Part shown: positions 56,229 to 64,000 of the stretch, in pieces | How positions within the stretch are numbered: position 1 is the stretch's first letter | How the letters are laid out: each line of letters starts with the position of its first letter | IMG/VR virus record: IMGVR_UViG_3300017565_000001 | Coordinates: 205,741-269,740 of that record | Source of the DNA: a virus | Lineage: Duplodnaviria > Heunggongvirae > Uroviricota > Caudoviricetes | Length of the DNA stretch: 64,000 nucleotides | Direction: 5' to 3' (one strand) | Notes under the pieces: model-generated | Seen by the model: only the letters and a program-made list of their open reading frames with translations | The model's database searches: none | What the model was told of the DNA's origin: nothing | Position numbers and translations under genes: made by a program

Positions 56229-56567
56229 ACAAAAGCTCTGAGAAGTCTCAGAGCTTTTCTTGCTTTTGGGGTAGATGAATGTGTTGTAATTTCGCGTACA
56301 TAAAATTTTTCTATCGTGGCTATTGTGAAAGCTCATCGTTACGTTTAATATTATCCTGCCATCGCAAATTTGTTAGCTGTTCATGCGTGGTGCCCTGCTT
56401 TACTCCCCAGCAAGTCCTAATAGGAGCCTGATTTTGAGCAAGAAAGTAACTTTGTTCTGCGTGGTACTTGCAGGACTTTACCAACAGTAAGCAGGCCTTC
56501 ATTTGCTACACCTCCGCAATACAAACCAACAAGAAGCATCGCAAACCGTCTTCATCATGGAGTCGAA

Positions 56568-56861
56568 ATGAGGGTCAAAGTTCCGTTCAATTGGCGCCAA
56601 GCGTCGTCCACTAAATTCAACCAAGATGCGGTACGACGTGACGGGCTGCCCTATCGCACAAAACGCCTCAAGGGGTTCATTAGCAAAAAATCCGAAAGCG
56701 ACATGAATGTCGTGAAGCAATGGATTGAGGACAACGGTATTGTCCTGAAACGGCTCTTGGGTGTGTTCATTGTCCACCCTGACCGTGTGTATTACGATGG
56801 TGTCGCACTGGAATTCACTAACGACGACGATATGCTGATGTTTAAGCTGCGTTTCGACTGA
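56568..56861 (+). CDS. FExxEDAxxFKL family protein
   Basis: FTNDDDMLMFKLRF; terminator 56882-56907. Confidence 0.75.
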   Translation: MRVKVPFNWRQASSTKFNQDAVRRDGLPYRTKRLKGFISKKSESDMNVVKQWIEDNGIVLKRLLGVFIVHPDRVYYDGVALEFTNDDDMLMFKLRFD

Positions 56862-56977
56862 ATCCTCCTCACATAAACAAGAAAAGGCCCGGGAAACCGG
56901 GCCTTTTCGCCATTAAAAGCAAGTAGTTTAAACCTTCATCTGCGCCAATAAATACCAGGTACGTGAGGGTACCTACC

Positions 56978-57223
56978 GTGGATTCTGTAATTGAACAACT
57001 TCTATTGGCGCTGGTAAGTGGCGGACCTAACGCAATCATTGCGGTTCTGGTCCTAGTCATCATCATGCTGGTGCTTGAGCGCCGCCGCCTGCTGAAAAAG
57101 CTGGACAAGAACGAAGAAAAGATCGACAAGATCATTGATGATTACTATAAGGGCAACATGACGTTAAGCGAAGCCCTTAATAGCTTGAAACTGGTTCTGT
57201 ATGAAATCAAGGGTAAGCTATAA
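56978..57223 (+). CDS. small membrane protein with coiled coil (holin-like candidate)
   Basis: TM helix then charged coil; TAAATA promoter. Confidence 0.65.
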   Translation: MDSVIEQLLLALVSGGPNAIIAVLVLVIIMLVLERRRLLKKLDKNEEKIDKIIDDYYKGNMTLSEALNSLKLVLYEIKGKL

Positions 57224-58152
57224 TGAAATTCAGATGGTGGCGCAAAGATAAGCCACTCGACCCTCGCGAAGAAGAACGTATGCGCAAGGTTCAGGAGAGT
57301 CAGTTTGCTCTCCTGAATGCCGCCACCACTACGGCCGATGTAGCGCAAGACGTTACCCTCAAACTCAAGGCGCGCCTGGATGACAGTCTTCGCCAACTAG
57401 AACTCACCAGCAATCTGCTGAGTGACGCTCTAATTACTTGCACCAGCTCTGGTGTTATCACCACATTCAATCCAGCAGCAGAACGAATCTTCAATTGGAC
57501 TGCTCAAGATATCGTTGGCAAAGATCTGTCCATACTGTTCAGGGACCAGACGGGTAAGAAGAAAACGAACGACGAGATCATTGATTGTCTGAATTCAGAA
57601 CCAAGCGAACTTGATTCTATGACACGCATCGAATGTGTTCGTGGACGCCGCCGTTCGGGCGAACCGTTTTATGTGGACGGGGATCTTACGTTCTTGGAAC
57701 GCCAAGATGGAACAACCATTGTGATGATTCTCATCAAGGATATCACCACTCGAGTTGAACTCCAGAAACAATTACAGTTGAGTGAAACTCGCTACCGTGG
57801 CATTTTTGAAAGCTCCTTTGACGGGATTCTTGTAGTTCAGAATTTCTATGTTGTGGCAGCTAATCCAGCCGTTGGAAGTATGCTGGGATACGAAACAGAT
57901 GAAATGATCGCAAAGCCGGCCACTTCATTCTTTCATCAAGATTCACAACAGAAACTCAACACACTCATCATGCAATATCTGAACGGTGACGTCAGCAGCC
58001 ATTGCTCGGTGGTAGGGGCCATAGCGTCAAACGGCCAAACAGTAGACTTACTACTCAGTTGCGCTCCCATGCAGTGGGAAGGGAAACCAGCCAGCCTTAT
58101 AGGGCTCAAGGACATAACTGAGATCATGAAAACGATTTCAGCAGCCAAATAG
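57223..58152 (+). CDS. tandem PAS-domain protein without output domain
   Basis: DALI...G.I..FNPAAERIF.W..DITTR; FESSFDGI...NPA...LGY...DITE. Confidence 0.88.
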   Translation: MKFRWWRKDKPLDPREEERMRKVQESQFALLNAATTTADVAQDVTLKLKARLDDSLRQLELTSNLLSDALITCTSSGVITTFNPAAERIFNWTAQDIVGKDLSILFRDQTGKKKTNDEIIDCLNSEPSELDSMTRIECVRGRRRSGEPFYVDGDLTFLERQDGTTIVMILIKDITTRVELQKQLQLSETRYRGIFESSFDGILVVQNFYVVAANPAVGSMLGYETDEMIAKPATSFFHQDSQQKLNTLIMQYLNGDVSSHCSVVGAIASNGQTVDLLLSCAPMQWEGKPASLIGLKDITEIMKTISAAK

Positions 58153-58180
58153 AAAAGGCCCCGAATATTCGGGGCCTTTT
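58153..58180. terminator. bidirectional intrinsic terminator
   Basis: AAAAGGCCCCGAAT-ATTCGGGGCCTTTT. Confidence 0.85.
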
Positions 58181-58194
58181 GCTGAGTGGTGACC

Positions 58195-59685
58195 TTACTT
58201 GATCAGCGTGTACCAGGTGAAGCCATCACGCATGACAGGCTTGACCTTACCTGCGCGAATAGCCGCATCCACTGCCGCAAAGTTGGCACTATTTCCACCA
58301 ATCAATGATGCCATTTGGCTCTTGGAAAGCAGGACTTCGCTAGGAAGCGTAGTGTCAGCAACCGCTTCCTTCACAACAGGCTTGGTGACTTTCGACGCAG
58401 TACCAGTGGGGAAAGGCCATGTTGTGTCCACGGGGTTGGTGGCAGGAATATGCGGTGCCGTGGGAGCCCTATAGGCCGGATTGCGCGACTCACTCATAAT
58501 CTGACCGTCCGAGCAACGAACAATCCTTGAAGAGTAAATGTGGCTGGGAACACCGGCCTTGATTTCGTTCTTCAGATCGTCAAAGTCATAATCCATACCA
58601 GCGTATTCATAATCAGCATCGGCTGAAGTACGTTGCTCCAAAGTGTATTGCGCATCCACTACCGTGGGACGATTTTCCTCCCACGTAAGGTTTTCAGCTT
58701 CGTACACGGTAGCACCGGTCTCGGAATTGATAACACAAACCGAGAACACGTTGTCCTCTTCCAGAAGATCTTCTGCCATTTCAAGAGCCGAATCCTTGTC
58801 CAGATAATCTGATTCTAGACGGTATTCAGCATCGGGCGAATTGCGATAACAAACCTTGAAGTCATCTTCATCACAAGTGTGATCTCCAAATGCATCAAAG
58901 CCCTCTTCGTCATCAAATTCAGGATCGTCGGGATCCTGGGTATTGTAAACGACGCGGTTCTTACCCAGATCTAGATCGTCAACTGGTACTTCACCAATGA
59001 CTTCGTACTTGCAAGTACGCCCCTTGGCATTGTTGTAGTCAGTCGGAATGGCTACCACATCGGCGGGGTTGATCTTCACCAACACAACACGAACATGTTC
59101 GGGATCAGACGAGCCATAATAGGGCAGGTACGACATGGAGCAGAAGTGTAGGCCGGCCGAACAAGTGCGGGACTTTTCTTCGTCAACCAGATTACGGCGC
59201 ATCGTAACTACCTGTCCGATTGCATTGCTAATCTTTCCAGTGTAGATGTCCGTGTAATCAGCGTTTACCTTCTTGTATGCCACAAAGTGACCATCATCTG
59301 TGATTGGCAGATCACACGCTTCCAGGAAGCCATACAGTTCATCAACTGCTCGCTTGCTGGGGTTCAGCATCAAGTTATCCAGGAACGCAACCATGGGCTT
59401 GATGTCGAAGCCTTCAGCTTGCATCTCCAGAATGCGTTGAGTCAGAGTGTTGTGTACTGCGAAGTCATCGTAATAGACAACACCATCCGCGACACGGATG
59501 AGGCCTTGAGAAAAGCTCACGATCGCGCGGCTGATATTGATGAGTTCTTCAACCAGATCAAAATCACCAACCTTCAGTGCTTCACGAATTTCGTGATACT
59601 TTTGGTGGGAATCTTCCGTGATTGTGTATGTCTTGCCCTTCAACATCACATTGATGGACGTGGGAGTTAGTCGATATGGAATCAT
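58195..59685 (-). CDS. rIIB: RIIB-like protein
   Basis: NPS.RAV.ELYGFL...ITDDG.F.AYK.V..CS.GLH.C..P.DVV.IP.DY...K.R.C.Y. Confidence 0.92.
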   Translation of the reverse strand: MIPYRLTPTSINVMLKGKTYTITEDSHQKYHEIREALKVGDFDLVEELINISRAIVSFSQGLIRVADGVVYYDDFAVHNTLTQRILEMQAEGFDIKPMVAFLDNLMLNPSKRAVDELYGFLEACDLPITDDGHFVAYKKVNADYTDIYTGKISNAIGQVVTMRRNLVDEEKSRTCSAGLHFCSMSYLPYYGSSDPEHVRVVLVKINPADVVAIPTDYNNAKGRTCKYEVIGEVPVDDLDLGKNRVVYNTQDPDDPEFDDEEGFDAFGDHTCDEDDFKVCYRNSPDAEYRLESDYLDKDSALEMAEDLLEEDNVFSVCVINSETGATVYEAENLTWEENRPTVVDAQYTLEQRTSADADYEYAGMDYDFDDLKNEIKAGVPSHIYSSRIVRCSDGQIMSESRNPAYRAPTAPHIPATNPVDTTWPFPTGTASKVTKPVVKEAVADTTLPSEVLLSKSQMASLIGGNSANFAAVDAAIRAGKVKPVMRDGFTWYTLIK

Positions 59686-59733
59686 GTTTGATCCTGTTAT
59701 TGTTTATTGTTGTTCTGGTGCTTTGTTGCCATT

Positions 59734-61926
59734 TTACAACGAACTGTCATCACTCTGCAATGCTTGTTCATCAACACTCTTAACATAGTTGATGACCGTC
59801 ATACGATCTTTCTGATCATACGAATATTTCGTCAAGAGCTTCAACATGGGATAATTGTCAGTGATGGCATTCCACTCACTCACAAAGTCGATTTCAACCA
59901 AAGTCTGCGAATCTTCTTTGAAATTAAGGAGTTTGGCCAGTTGATGCAATTCGACCTGGGTAGCTGTCTGAATTTGATTTGCTTCTTCGATCCGTTCACG
60001 GAACTTGCGAATTGGGTGGTCTTCAGACAACTCATTTACTGCCACAGCAGCCCATGAAGAGTAATGTGACTCGGACGAATGGCGCCAGGCTTGATATGCT
60101 TGACGACGTACAACCGCGCCTGCCACATCAACCTTACTGAGCTTCTTCTTCAAACGATCTTTGATATCGTCGTAAAAATTAATCCACTTGTCACTTTCGT
60201 CAAATTCTTTGGTCTTGGAACGCAATACGCCAAGCACCACTTCATTATCGGCATATAGACCAGTTGACCTCGCCATAGTCAACACATCAGCAAATCGTTG
60301 ATCCTTACGATCGCCATCGCACGGGTAATTACGCAGAATTGGCAAGTAAACGCCACCATCTTCAAAATCCAAATCGTCCGGTTCGAGGTCAGAACTGCCG
60401 TAATGTGGATTCAAGAATTCCTGATAAATCGTGCGCTTGCCACCGCTGGACGGAGTGCTACGCGATGGCAATGGATCAAGCGTTGACGTGTTGGTAGTTT
60501 GCGGGTCACCAAGCGCATTCAACAGTTTCTTGACATCAGCATCAGAACCCTTGATGGTGTATCCTGATGCCAGCGTTCCGCTCTTCTTGATGTGTTGTTT
60601 GACTCGAGTGGCGCCACCGCGCTTCAAGTCATCAATGAAGATTCCCACCGTGCCACTGGGGCTAACAGCATAGGTTTCTTTGACGTTAGCAGTGGCAAAG
60701 GTTGCCCGACGATTCGCACGGTAACTAGTCGACAGTGTTACTTCGACTGATGGATAGTTAGCCATGGACAATTTAATGACATTGTCGTATGGCAAAAACC
60801 GTTTGTTCTTCCACATGAACGGATTGTCATTTGTGATGACAGAACTCAATACTGAAACCTGGCTGAGGATTGCGCTAAACTTGCAACGAGCTTCCCATTC
60901 AGTCGTGCAAGCATCAATCACGTCCTTGAACTTCAGGGGGAGTTCAGCCGCAACAACCTTCAGAGCATTCTTGATATTCTGAATTGTGGGGCCCTTGTAG
61001 CTGAGGGTTTCGCGCGAAGCGGTTACGTCCAGATCACCGATGGGAAATTGGATAACCAAGTGCGAACGCAGCAGGTTCCAATAAAGTTGACCTTCAGTGG
61101 TGCTATGATCCAAATCCAGAGCGTATGCATCAATGGGGTAGGCAACCTTGCCTTGAATGGCCATGGCACCGTGCGAACCATACGGTGATGCGGTGTTTAG
61201 CACCCAGTTGGAGCCTGAGACCTTGGGGTTCAGAGTAGCCACTTGCCAGTTGTGGGCACCAGTGACAACAGGTTGCGGGTCAAACCATTGCAGGACCAGC
61301 TTGGCCTTCTCAGCAAACACGTGATAATCGTTCTTCTTGACGGGCATGGACACTTCAAGGCCATTGCCTTCATCCGTGGGTTCACGACCCAGCTCAACAA
61401 TTTCAGGTTCATCCTGTTCGTTGATGTAAGCGGTGAAGCTATACTTCATGCCATCTTTACGGCTGATTACCGTGAAGCTGTCCACATAGCTGAAAGGAGA
61501 CTTTGAGCCCAGACCCAATGCACCGATGAAATCGTTGCTGGTGGTCTTGGTGGATTTGAAGAACGTATTGTAGATACCACCAACAAAGACTCGTTCTTCC
61601 TTACCATCCTCATTCGTGACCGTCTTCCAGTAACCACACATTTCTTCTGGAGTGAGGCCAATACCGTAATCACGGATGGTCAGCCAGGGTTCCAGAGCTG
61701 TGGGGAGATGTACAGAGAAGGGCTTGTCAGGGCATCCCGCGGCGATGTGAGCATCGTACGCATTGCAGGACAATTCACGCAGAATTGCCTTGGGCTTATC
61801 GGGATACAGGGAGTCACTGAGGACGCGAAAGGCTTTGCCGTTTGCTTCAATGGTGAACTTGCTTTCGTTCAACCCGCCACTTCTTTCGATGGCGTTTACT
61901 TTACCTTCAATGATCATGCTGGGCAC
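59734..61926 (-). CDS. rIIA: RIIA-like protein (GHKL ATPase N-terminus)
   Basis: LY..K..A.LRELSCNAYDAH, IRDYGIGL, STK, G.LGLGSKSPF.Y; adjacent to rIIB. Confidence 0.92.
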   Translation of the reverse strand: MPSMIIEGKVNAIERSGGLNESKFTIEANGKAFRVLSDSLYPDKPKAILRELSCNAYDAHIAAGCPDKPFSVHLPTALEPWLTIRDYGIGLTPEEMCGYWKTVTNEDGKEERVFVGGIYNTFFKSTKTTSNDFIGALGLGSKSPFSYVDSFTVISRKDGMKYSFTAYINEQDEPEIVELGREPTDEGNGLEVSMPVKKNDYHVFAEKAKLVLQWFDPQPVVTGAHNWQVATLNPKVSGSNWVLNTASPYGSHGAMAIQGKVAYPIDAYALDLDHSTTEGQLYWNLLRSHLVIQFPIGDLDVTASRETLSYKGPTIQNIKNALKVVAAELPLKFKDVIDACTTEWEARCKFSAILSQVSVLSSVITNDNPFMWKNKRFLPYDNVIKLSMANYPSVEVTLSTSYRANRRATFATANVKETYAVSPSGTVGIFIDDLKRGGATRVKQHIKKSGTLASGYTIKGSDADVKKLLNALGDPQTTNTSTLDPLPSRSTPSSGGKRTIYQEFLNPHYGSSDLEPDDLDFEDGGVYLPILRNYPCDGDRKDQRFADVLTMARSTGLYADNEVVLGVLRSKTKEFDESDKWINFYDDIKDRLKKKLSKVDVAGAVVRRQAYQAWRHSSESHYSSWAAVAVNELSEDHPIRKFRERIEEANQIQTATQVELHQLAKLLNFKEDSQTLVEIDFVSEWNAITDNYPMLKLLTKYSYDQKDRMTVINYVKSVDEQALQSDDSSL

Positions 61927-62022
61927 TCAATGTTTTTATGGTTTATGCCCATCATACTAAATGGCAAGATGGCTAGTGTCAAGCACTAGCCATCTTTTAT
62001 TTTGAAACCTGGTTGTTTCGTG

Positions 62023-62325
62023 TTACTTACTCATGCGCTGTTCGTTGATTTCACGAACCGTATCGATGATTTTCTGCAGGGTTTCTTCACCCGTCCCTTC
62101 AACTTTGCGATTTGCACCATAGAACGTGTAGTGCGTAACCTCTTGTTCAGCGTCTGTGTGAACTTCGAAGTGGCTAATGCAAGCAAGATTCTTGTGCAGC
62201 AGGCCAACCTTGGGCACATACTCAGCAATGAAGTACAGACCACGCGAGCCACCGCTCTTGTATTTGTAGCCCAGCTTGCTGATCTCTTTGCCGAATTCCA
62301 TTTGCTTCTCCGTTTGTTTTACCAT
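62023..62325 (-). CDS. hypothetical protein
   Basis: TTCATTTGG promoter upstream; true start may be the downstream ATG after GGAG. Confidence 0.7.
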   Translation of the reverse strand: MVKQTEKQMEFGKEISKLGYKYKSGGSRGLYFIAEYVPKVGLLHKNLACISHFEVHTDAEQEVTHYTFYGANRKVEGTGEETLQKIIDTVREINEQRMSK

Positions 62326-62357
62326 GTTTCACATTATGGTACCAAATGAACTAGGAG

Positions 62358-62930
62358 TCAAGGCTTCGACACTACTCGTATGGCTTCTCGCAATTGCTTG
62401 ATGGAATGCTCCAGGCCGCAAGAGCAATACAGGTCTTGCTTAACTACGAGACCCGTGGGATGAATGGCGCAGAATTCTGAATGTTCGCCTCGAGTCTGGA
62501 GGATTTCCTGAGCGTCTTTCATTACATCTAGGACAGTGACATTGGTGTTCGTTTGCATTGATCGCAAAAACGAATTATAGATGATGCTGAACCATCCGAC
62601 CTGATAACCAACTAGCAACGATATGAGGACCACCGCATACACGGGGATATCCAAGCTGACATTCAGAAAAATCATCCCCATGGCACTGAATAACAGTAGT
62701 GGAGAAGCATAGGTGGCTGCTCGATTGAATTTGTATGGGCGATCATACAAATGAAGCATGTCTTGGGTTGTATGCGCCATTACGACCCCAGTCACAGCCG
62801 CAAGCACGTAACCCAATTGGCCGGTATCACCAGGTAGCAAATACGCTAGTATGATTGATACTATCAACATCACAACCGCAAATGCAATCGTTCCATTGAC
62901 TTTGGCAAGAACAGCCTTGAAAACCTTCAT
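62358..62930 (-). CDS. 4-TM membrane protein with C-terminal HxxxC..CxCG motif
   Basis: hydrophobic helices, GGAG RBS. Confidence 0.7.
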   Translation of the reverse strand: MKVFKAVLAKVNGTIAFAVVMLIVSIILAYLLPGDTGQLGYVLAAVTGVVMAHTTQDMLHLYDRPYKFNRAATYASPLLLFSAMGMIFLNVSLDIPVYAVVLISLLVGYQVGWFSIIYNSFLRSMQTNTNVTVLDVMKDAQEILQTRGEHSEFCAIHPTGLVVKQDLYCSCGLEHSIKQLREAIRVVSKP

Positions 62931-62983
62931 TCAACTCTCCATAGAATAGATTGTTGAATATTACACATTATGGCATCTAGTAG

Positions 62984-63526
62984 TCAATTGCCATGTGATC
63001 CACAACATACGGTCATCAGGAGTGGTGTGGGATCCAGTAAGGTAGCGGGTCGCTCTTCCATAACGTCCCAGGGAGGGCATGACCTAGTTCCAGGTTGGTG
63101 CAACTCCACGTGAAGCATTGACATAGGACGACCTTTGAAATTCTTCAGCACTCGTTTGACTGACCCAATGCGATCACCCGTCTGCAGGACTTTGCCTACC
63201 TCTACGCATGAAATGATTTCACCGTATGCGACGACACCGCTTTCGCCTTCAACTAGGACTACTTGGGTGTCTTCCCACCACGGAAGACCAGCCAGAGGCC
63301 CTGTAAAGGGGAGTACGGCGACAACCGTACCCGACTCTACGGCGAATACCTTGGAATATTCAGGACAATAAAGGTCGACGCCTTCGTGTACGTGATGAGT
63401 ACGTTGGACGCCAAAGGCACCGCAATGGTCACCGACCGGTAGGCCCGTATAACCACATGGCATTGTTTTGAACGATTCACTGTCATCTGTAGATAACAGT
63501 TTCAGTTCAAGAGGATTGGACCACAT
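62984..63526 (-). CDS. M23 family peptidase
   Basis: HEGVDL, V.AV..G.V, LHVE. Confidence 0.85.
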   Translation of the reverse strand: MWSNPLELKLLSTDDSESFKTMPCGYTGLPVGDHCGAFGVQRTHHVHEGVDLYCPEYSKVFAVESGTVVAVLPFTGPLAGLPWWEDTQVVLVEGESGVVAYGEIISCVEVGKVLQTGDRIGSVKRVLKNFKGRPMSMLHVELHQPGTRSCPPWDVMEERPATLLDPTPLLMTVCCGSHGN

Positions 63527-63610
63527 AACGTGATTTCTCTCAGTGAAGACTACACTTCATCTATTTACGTCCATCATATTACAGGATGGTTACCATTCAT
63601 GCAAATGGCA

Positions 63611-64000
63611 TTAGATGTCGTATAAGCCAACAGCTTCACGTATCTTCTGAACCCGCTCAGACACTAGGTTTCTTGCTCTGGATGCACCAGCCAGAAGAAT
63701 GTCACGGACCTTGCTGGGTGCGGCCATGTAATATTCATACTTGTCACGCATAGGGCTGAGCTCGCGTTCCAACAAGGCAACGAGATCTTTCTTGGCGTCT
63801 CCCCATCCCAACCCATTATCAAGGCTGTCTTTGAATGCTTGAGCTTCGTCATCTGTGGAGAATGCACGATAGATTTTGTAAACGTTTGAATTCAACGCAT
63901 CTTTTGGTTCTCCTGGTAACAAAGAATCGGTGACAATCCGCATCACGTTTTTCTTCAATGCCTTACTACCACCAGCAAACAACGGGATGGTGTTGTTGTA
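63611..64000 (-). CDS. trpS: tryptophanyl-tRNA synthetase, C-terminal part (5' end beyond window)
   Basis: YNNTIPLF, I.TDS..PGEPKD, G.GWGDAKK.L, L..GA..AR, IREAVGL. Confidence 0.88.
   Translation of the reverse strand, partial: YNNTIPLFAGGSKALKKNVMRIVTDSLLPGEPKDALNSNVYKIYRAFSTDDEAQAFKDSLDNGLGWGDAKKDLVALLERELSPMRDKYEYYMAAPSKVRDILLAGASRARNLVSERVQKIREAVGLYDI

Noticed and set aside
56320-56502. 60-aa minus-strand ORF with GGAGG upstream
   Set aside because: No recognisable motif and it opposes local gene orientation; left unannotated.
1-64000. Stop-codon reassignment
   Set aside because: Known genes are intact in the standard code, TAG and TGA are used as stops, and no CTA/TCA suppressor tRNA is seen.

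Overview
A 64-kb segment of a large (jumbo) lytic dsDNA myovirus genome. It has T4-like rIIA/rIIB, a clamp loader, PhoH, dUTPase, a GroES-like gene and TAAATA late promoters; a DUF4148 gene hints at a Burkholderiales-type host. The first ~20 kb is an RNA-gene-rich region with 23 tRNA genes (one atypical), several aberrant tRNA-like RNAs, a 286-nt Ala-acceptor tmRNA-like RNA, a probable GOLLD RNA with an embedded tRNA-Asn-like module, and ncRNAs driven by rrn-like promoter/boxA cassettes. The most striking signal is a family of at least 7 small RNAs that share a closing stem followed by a (T/G/A)CAGCAA motif. Four are circularly permuted tRNA mimics (T-arm, looped acceptor stem, D-arm; the YrlA Y-RNA topology). 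One is the same module inserted into a normal CCA-ending tRNA body, one is a minimal anticodon-hairpin version, and one lies directly upstream of a DUF2828 (TROVE/Ro60-like, vWA) gene. Together with an RNA ligase, Pth2, YqeY, TrpRS and AlkB, this suggests a phage-encoded Ro/Y-like RNP and tRNA-protection/repair system with a non-canonical protein-binding motif (inference). The remainder is mostly small hypothetical genes, including two expanded paralog families, plus accessory enzymes (M16, M32, M23 and C93 peptidases, macrodomain, HD hydrolase, PAS protein). All calls are made by eye from motifs; no database searches were run.
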